DNA of 64,000 nt from Candidatus Humimonas hydrogenitrophica (GTDB lineage: Bacteria; Gemmatimonadota; Gemmatimonadetes; Palauibacterales; Palauibacteraceae). Location: positions 2,240 through 66,239 of the forward strand of contig CANPVD010000068.1 in NCBI GenBank assembly GCA_947581615.1. Reading direction: 5' to 3'. Numbering within the stretch: position 1 is the stretch's first letter; the number at the start of each line of letters is the position of its first letter. Positions 60,149 to 64,000 of the stretch are shown here, piece by piece. The notes under the pieces are model-generated. The model was not told the origin of the DNA. It was given only the letters and a program-made list of their open reading frames with translations, and did no database searches. The translations under genes and the position numbers were made by a program.

Positions 60149-60787
60149 CTACCCCGAGGTTCGCCGTGCGCAGAAGTAGCCGTTGGGTGTCGGTGGCCTC
60201 CAGAAGCCGACAGCCCATGTGCCCTTGAGGCCCATGGAATCGGCTGCCCATACGACCCAATCGGGAGCTCGCCGCGGCCGAACGCTTCCGCTCCGTTCGA
60301 TCTCTCCTTGTTCCAAGAAGACGGTGCTGTCCCTTCCCCGCGAACCTACCACCTGCTTGGGCAAGTCCACAGATTGAACAATGCGGGCCGTTGCTGGCTG
60401 TAGCGAATCTGCCTCACCTTTGTCCAGGGCGAGATCAGTGTGTCCTTCGACGATCCAGGAGAGACCCTTGAGTATTTCAGGGCCTTCGCGTGACCATCGC
60501 TCGAGGGTCAAATGGCCAGACACATCGGAGCCTTTCTGCTCACCAGCCGCGATGTACATAGTCAGTTCATATGTTCCGGGCAGCCACCCAATCTCGACGA
60601 CCGAGCCCGCGAGCGTATCCGGTGGACCACAACCTCGGATATCCGCCGCTGCCTCCTGTCGTGACTTCTCTTGCCTTGATGGGCTACAGGCGATCACCGA
60701 CGCTGCCATCACGACGCTGACGATGCCGACTAGGTTCCGCCTTACGCACCGCTTGCTGCCGCCCTCGCATTCGTCCTTCAGCCTCAT
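60149..60787 (-). CDS. Hypothetical lipoprotein; candidate immunity protein for the adjacent RHS toxin C-terminal domain
   Basis: Lies 15 nt downstream of the RHS stop on the same strand. Signal plus lipobox ..VVMAASVIAC-S. No recognisable family. Lies in a GC-depressed (about 57%) segment. Confidence 0.5.
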   Translation of the reverse strand: MRLKDECEGGSKRCVRRNLVGIVSVVMAASVIACSPSRQEKSRQEAAADIRGCGPPDTLAGSVVEIGWLPGTYELTMYIAAGEQKGSDVSGHLTLERWSREGPEILKGLSWIVEGHTDLALDKGEADSLQPATARIVQSVDLPKQVVGSRGRDSTVFLEQGEIERSGSVRPRRAPDWVVWAADSMGLKGTWAVGFWRPPTPNGYFCARRTSG

Positions 60788-60802
60788 GATCTTCTGAGCG
60801 CC

Positions 60803-63800
60803 TCATTGTGGCCAGGAACAAGTCGTCCAACTGGAATCGATAGGGGTATAAACGTAGAGCAAACCGGAGATGATTATGTGAGTCGTGTGCCGAGTCTTTG
60901 TCGTGCATGTATCTCGAAGGCTTGGAGCGCCGCCGCCCCAATGCGTATGAAAGTCTCCAGAGGCGCCTGCGTAGAAGGGCACGTGCACAGTGTCTCCTCC
61001 CGGTCTGCCGGAAACGGTTACGTGCAATGGATCGCTCCACGGAGCCCCGTACCAGCCGCCAAATTCCTGCCTGTTTAGCCACGACCGCCTGTAGAGATTA
61101 CCTGCCTGCTCGAGGAAGCTCGCGTTGAATTGACAATTGAACGTGTCGGCCCGAGCAGCCGCGGCTGCTCCACCCCCCGGAGGTCCAAACGCGGCAAAGC
61201 CGGAATTGGGGCCCGCACCGTCACCGTCGCCCCCGAGGCCGGGCGCTGAGGAGGCGCCATAGCCACCGGCGGCACCCGCACCGCCGCCACCGCCCTGGAC
61301 GAGGACCTTGAGCTCCGTCGCGTCGTCGCACCACGGATCGGGAGTCCAGGTGAAGTAACAGTCGAGGCCAGAGGGATCCGTCCCGTTCGTGGGACTGTTC
61401 CCCACGTAGGCGTAAGGGTTGATCCCGGCCGAGAGCCCCAGCGGATCCTCGCTGAGGAAGCGTCCGAGCTCGGGGTCGTAGGAGCGGGCGCCCATGGCGT
61501 AGAGGCCCTCGTGCCAGTCGAGCATCGAGCCGGCCCAGCGCAGCCAGTTGGACACGGTGGTCGAGCCGTGCTGGGCATTCCCCCAGGGATCGTAGCGGTA
61601 GTCGTTGGCCACGCCCGAGTCGCCGAACAGCCCGAGGACGGAGCCGAGGTCGTCGGTGGCCAGGTAGTAGGTCTCCTCGTCGGCACGCAGGCTGTGGGGC
61701 AGGGCGCCGCCGGGGAAGTAGGCGTAGGTGGCCTTGAGCGCGGTGGCCCCGGCGTAGACGGCGAACAGGGAGCTTCCGTCCCACAGGAAGTGGAGGACGT
61801 AGCCGGTCTTGCCGCGCTCGACGCGGCGGCCGAAGCCGTCGTACTCGTAGCGCCAGACGGTGTCGCCGTCGGCGAGGCTGTCGAGCCGGCCCGTGGGGCT
61901 CCAGTAGAAGCTCTCGTTCACTCCGCTTCCCGACTTGGAGGTGAGCCGGCCGGCGGCGTCCCAGGTGAGGCTGTAGCCGGCGAAGGAGCTCGGCCGGTCG
62001 GCCGTGTCGATCACGGCGCCGTGGTCGGTGCGATTCCCCACCGCGTCGTAGGCGTAGAGCGCCGAGTCGGCGACCGTGTAGCCCGAGTTGAAGCTGCAGT
62101 CGTTGGGATCGATCGAGCCCGGCGTGCAGGTCACCCCCGCGTTGGCCACGCGGTCCACGTACCCGGTGAGCCGGCTCTCACTGTCGTACGTATAGGCCCG
62201 GCTCGTGTCCTCGCTCGCCCCCCGGTAGACCGCGGTCCGCCGGCCGAGCGAGTCCTCGCTGAAGGCCTGCCCGAACTTCGCCTCGAGGACGGAGCTGCTC
62301 CACGAGAGGGACCCCGTCCGGTGGGAGGAGGCCACGCCGCGCCACAGCGTGTCGCCGGTCGGGTAGATCACTTTCGTGGTCTGGCGGTCCGCGTCGTAGG
62401 CGAAGGTCGTCGCCTGCCCCCCGGCGTCGATGAGGGAGTCCAGCCGGCCCTGGTCGTCGTACCGGTAGCCCACCGAATCGGTCCACGGGGTCGTCGCGGC
62501 GATCTCGGCCCGGCGGCCCTCCCCGTCGTACCGGCTGTGGAGGACGTAGCGGGTAGAGCCCCGGCGGGTGATCTGGTCCACCACGCGGCCCGCGGCGTCG
62601 TAGGTCACCGTGTCCGTGCTCGCGGCGTTGGAGGCGGCGACGAACAGGCCGTCGGGGTCCGTCGTGAACGTGGTGGTGTCGCCCCCCTCGGCGCGCCACG
62701 CCAGTTGGCCCAGGGCGTCGTAGCCGAAGCCCACGGTCTGACCCACCCGGTTCGTCCAGCTCGTGATCCGTCCGTTCGCATCGTAGGCGTACGCGTCGGC
62801 GTGGCCGGCGGGATCGGTGCGCCCGGTGATCCAGCCCAGGGCGTTCCGGTCGAACGAATAGGTCTGTCCGAGGGCGTCGGTCACTCCCGTGACGTAGAGC
62901 GAGTCGTACGACAGGCGCGTGGTGTCCCCCAGGGGGCCGACCGTGAGGGTCATCCGGTTCAACGTGTCGTAGGCCGTGGTGGCGGTGTGACCGTCGGCGT
63001 CCGTGACCTGGACGGTCCGGCCGTAATCGTCGTAGGCGTAGCGCGTGGTCCTCGCCTCGCTCGACAGCGTCGAGTCCACGCCCGTCTTCACCGAGTCGGT
63101 GTTCATGGAGCCGGCCGGAGCGTAGAACACCCTCAGCTCGTGGTGCTCCGGGTCGATCCGGGTGAGGAGGCGCCCCAGGGAGTCGTAGGTGAAGCGCGTG
63201 GCCGCGGCCGCCGAGCTTCCGACGCGCACGCTGTCGACCCTGCCGTCCGTGTAGTCGAGCCACCGCGGCGTCACGTCGCCGTAGAGGCGCGTGGGCAGGT
63301 GGGGAGCGAGGGAGTCCTCGTAGGCCAGGTGGACGGTCCGGTCGCTGGCGCGATCCGTCTCCTGCGTGAGGTCCGGCCCGTCCCACGTGTAGTCGACGGT
63401 GTCGCCGTTCGGGAGGATCGCCTGCGTGAGCCGGGAGTCGCCGTTCCGAACGAAGTGCGTGGCGGATCCCAGCGCCGGATAGATCCAGGTCGGCGCCAGG
63501 AACCTGTCGACCTGGAAGGAGGTCGTGTCTCCCTCCGGGTCCACGATGGCCGGTCGCGCGGTCCCGGACGCTACCGAGGTCGCGGGACTCGAGGACGTGC
63601 CCTCTCCGGAGTCGCTCACCATGTGGGCCACCTGCCAGGCCAGGGAGGCGTACCGGACGACCGGGCGCATGGACGCGCTGTCGGCGACCACCTCGGGCAG
63701 GGTGTCGGCGGCCAGCCGGCCGGCGAAATCGTAGGCGAAGCCCCAGTCGTTCCCGCCGCGATCGGTGCGCGTGAGCATCCGGTGGTCGGCGTCGTAGGTC

Positions 63801-64000
63801 GCCCGCAGGGCATCGACGCCCTCGGGGTACTCGATGTGATTGAGGTCCCCCGCCACGCTGATCGTGACCTTGACGTGCCGGCCCTCCGGATCCTCGATCC
63901 ACGCCAGCTTCCCGTCGTACCCGTACCCGATCGTGAACGACTGGCCCGTCGGGTCCGTGACCGTGTGCAGGCCGTGCGTGTTGTACGCGTACGTGGTGGC
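60803..64000 (-). CDS. RHS/YD-repeat polymorphic toxin (5' end outside window) with uncharacterised C-terminal toxin domain
   Basis: ORF 60803..63856 continues in frame to the window edge (hand translation of 63857-64000 gives ..YAYNTHGLHTVTDPTGQSFTIGYGYDGKLAWIEDPEGRHVKVTISVAGDLNH). More than 25 YD repeats (YDxxGR). Canonical core end DPLGLSAGINPYAYVGNSPTNGTDPSGL (DPxGL). An about 190-aa variable C-terminus follows. Confidence 0.85.
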   Translation of the reverse strand, partial: ATTYAYNTHGLHTVTDPTGQSFTIGYGYDGKLAWIEDPEGRHVKVTISVAGDLNHIEYPEGVDALRATYDADHRMLTRTDRGGNDWGFAYDFAGRLAADTLPEVVADSASMRPVVRYASLAWQVAHMVSDSGEGTSSSPATSVASGTARPAIVDPEGDTTSFQVDRFLAPTWIYPALGSATHFVRNGDSRLTQAILPNGDTVDYTWDGPDLTQETDRASDRTVHLAYEDSLAPHLPTRLYGDVTPRWLDYTDGRVDSVRVGSSAAAATRFTYDSLGRLLTRIDPEHHELRVFYAPAGSMNTDSVKTGVDSTLSSEARTTRYAYDDYGRTVQVTDADGHTATTAYDTLNRMTLTVGPLGDTTRLSYDSLYVTGVTDALGQTYSFDRNALGWITGRTDPAGHADAYAYDANGRITSWTNRVGQTVGFGYDALGQLAWRAEGGDTTTFTTDPDGLFVAASNAASTDTVTYDAAGRVVDQITRRGSTRYVLHSRYDGEGRRAEIAATTPWTDSVGYRYDDQGRLDSLIDAGGQATTFAYDADRQTTKVIYPTGDTLWRGVASSHRTGSLSWSSSVLEAKFGQAFSEDSLGRRTAVYRGASEDTSRAYTYDSESRLTGYVDRVANAGVTCTPGSIDPNDCSFNSGYTVADSALYAYDAVGNRTDHGAVIDTADRPSSFAGYSLTWDAAGRLTSKSGSGVNESFYWSPTGRLDSLADGDTVWRYEYDGFGRRVERGKTGYVLHFLWDGSSLFAVYAGATALKATYAYFPGGALPHSLRADEETYYLATDDLGSVLGLFGDSGVANDYRYDPWGNAQHGSTTVSNWLRWAGSMLDWHEGLYAMGARSYDPELGRFLSEDPLGLSAGINPYAYVGNSPTNGTDPSGLDCYFTWTPDPWCDDATELKVLVQGGGGGAGAAGGYGASSAPGLGGDGDGAGPNSGFAAFGPPGGGAAAAARADTFNCQFNASFLEQAGNLYRRSWLNRQEFGGWYGAPWSDPLHVTVSGRPGGDTVHVPFYAGASGDFHTHWGGGAPSLRDTCTTKTRHTTHIIISGLLYVYTPIDSSWTTCSWPQ

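Noticed and set aside
63856-63858. ORF-track start (M) of the RHS ORF at 63856
   Set aside because: It is an internal GTG (Val). The reading frame stays open and RHS-like to the window edge at 64000, so the gene is 5'-partial.
62178-63902. 574-aa minus-strand ORF overlapping the RHS gene in another frame (and 61221..61784, 61075..61686)
   Set aside because: The +1/+2 frames of the YD-repeat gene. The frame with YDxxGR repeats and the DPxGL motif is the real one.

Overview
High-GC (about 70%) bacterial chromosomal segment with dense, mostly housekeeping coding on both strands. Many adjacent genes overlap at stop/start (ATGA, GTGA, TTGA) and many use GTG or TTG starts. Phylum is not determinable from the sequence alone. 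Lipoproteins, a predicted outer-membrane beta-barrel, a LapA-like protein and ComEC suggest a diderm bacterium.

From start to end, the window holds the following.

- **1-4.2 kb:** a partial amidase at the window edge, a retropepsin-like aspartic protease, a GNAT acetyltransferase and a DUF1059 small metal-binding protein.
- **4.2-7.0 kb:** an ArsR/SmtB repressor plus a P1B-2 Zn/Cd/Pb ATPase module, with a recognisable sigma70 promoter and a 6-2-6 operator upstream.
- **7.0-14.9 kb:** a lipoprotein, a stress protein, asnS, gltA, mazG and an S9 peptidase.
- **14.9-20.9 kb:** a tightly coupled plus-strand array alr-cdd-lipoprotein-OMP-miaB-lapA, followed by comEC and fbp.
- **24.6-34.5 kb:** one long minus-strand purine cluster, purB-purC-purS-purQ-purL-purF, fused to a secreted 5'-nucleotidase and adenosine deaminase.
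- **34.5-42.6 kb:** htrA, truA, a divergent trpD, lexA, then trpC-trpF-trpB-trpA.
- **42.6-47.6 kb:** an NFACT/RqcH-like gene, panB and panC, a 21-codon panD N-terminal remnant abutting an HD-domain gene, and a LytR_C protein.
- **47.7-60.1 kb:** rlmN, vanZ, aspS, the conserved phoH / 7TM-HD / ybeY cluster, DUF502, mgtE, meaB and a stand-alone acyl-CoA mutase catalytic subunit.

The 3' end is the clearly accessory part. It holds a large RHS/YD-repeat polymorphic-toxin gene that is 5'-truncated by the window edge. It has the canonical DPxGL core end, an unrecognised Cys-containing C-terminal domain with a Gly-rich linker, and an adjacent lipoprotein candidate immunity gene. Both sit in a roughly 1 kb GC-depressed cassette.

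No rRNA, tRNA, CRISPR or transposase was seen.
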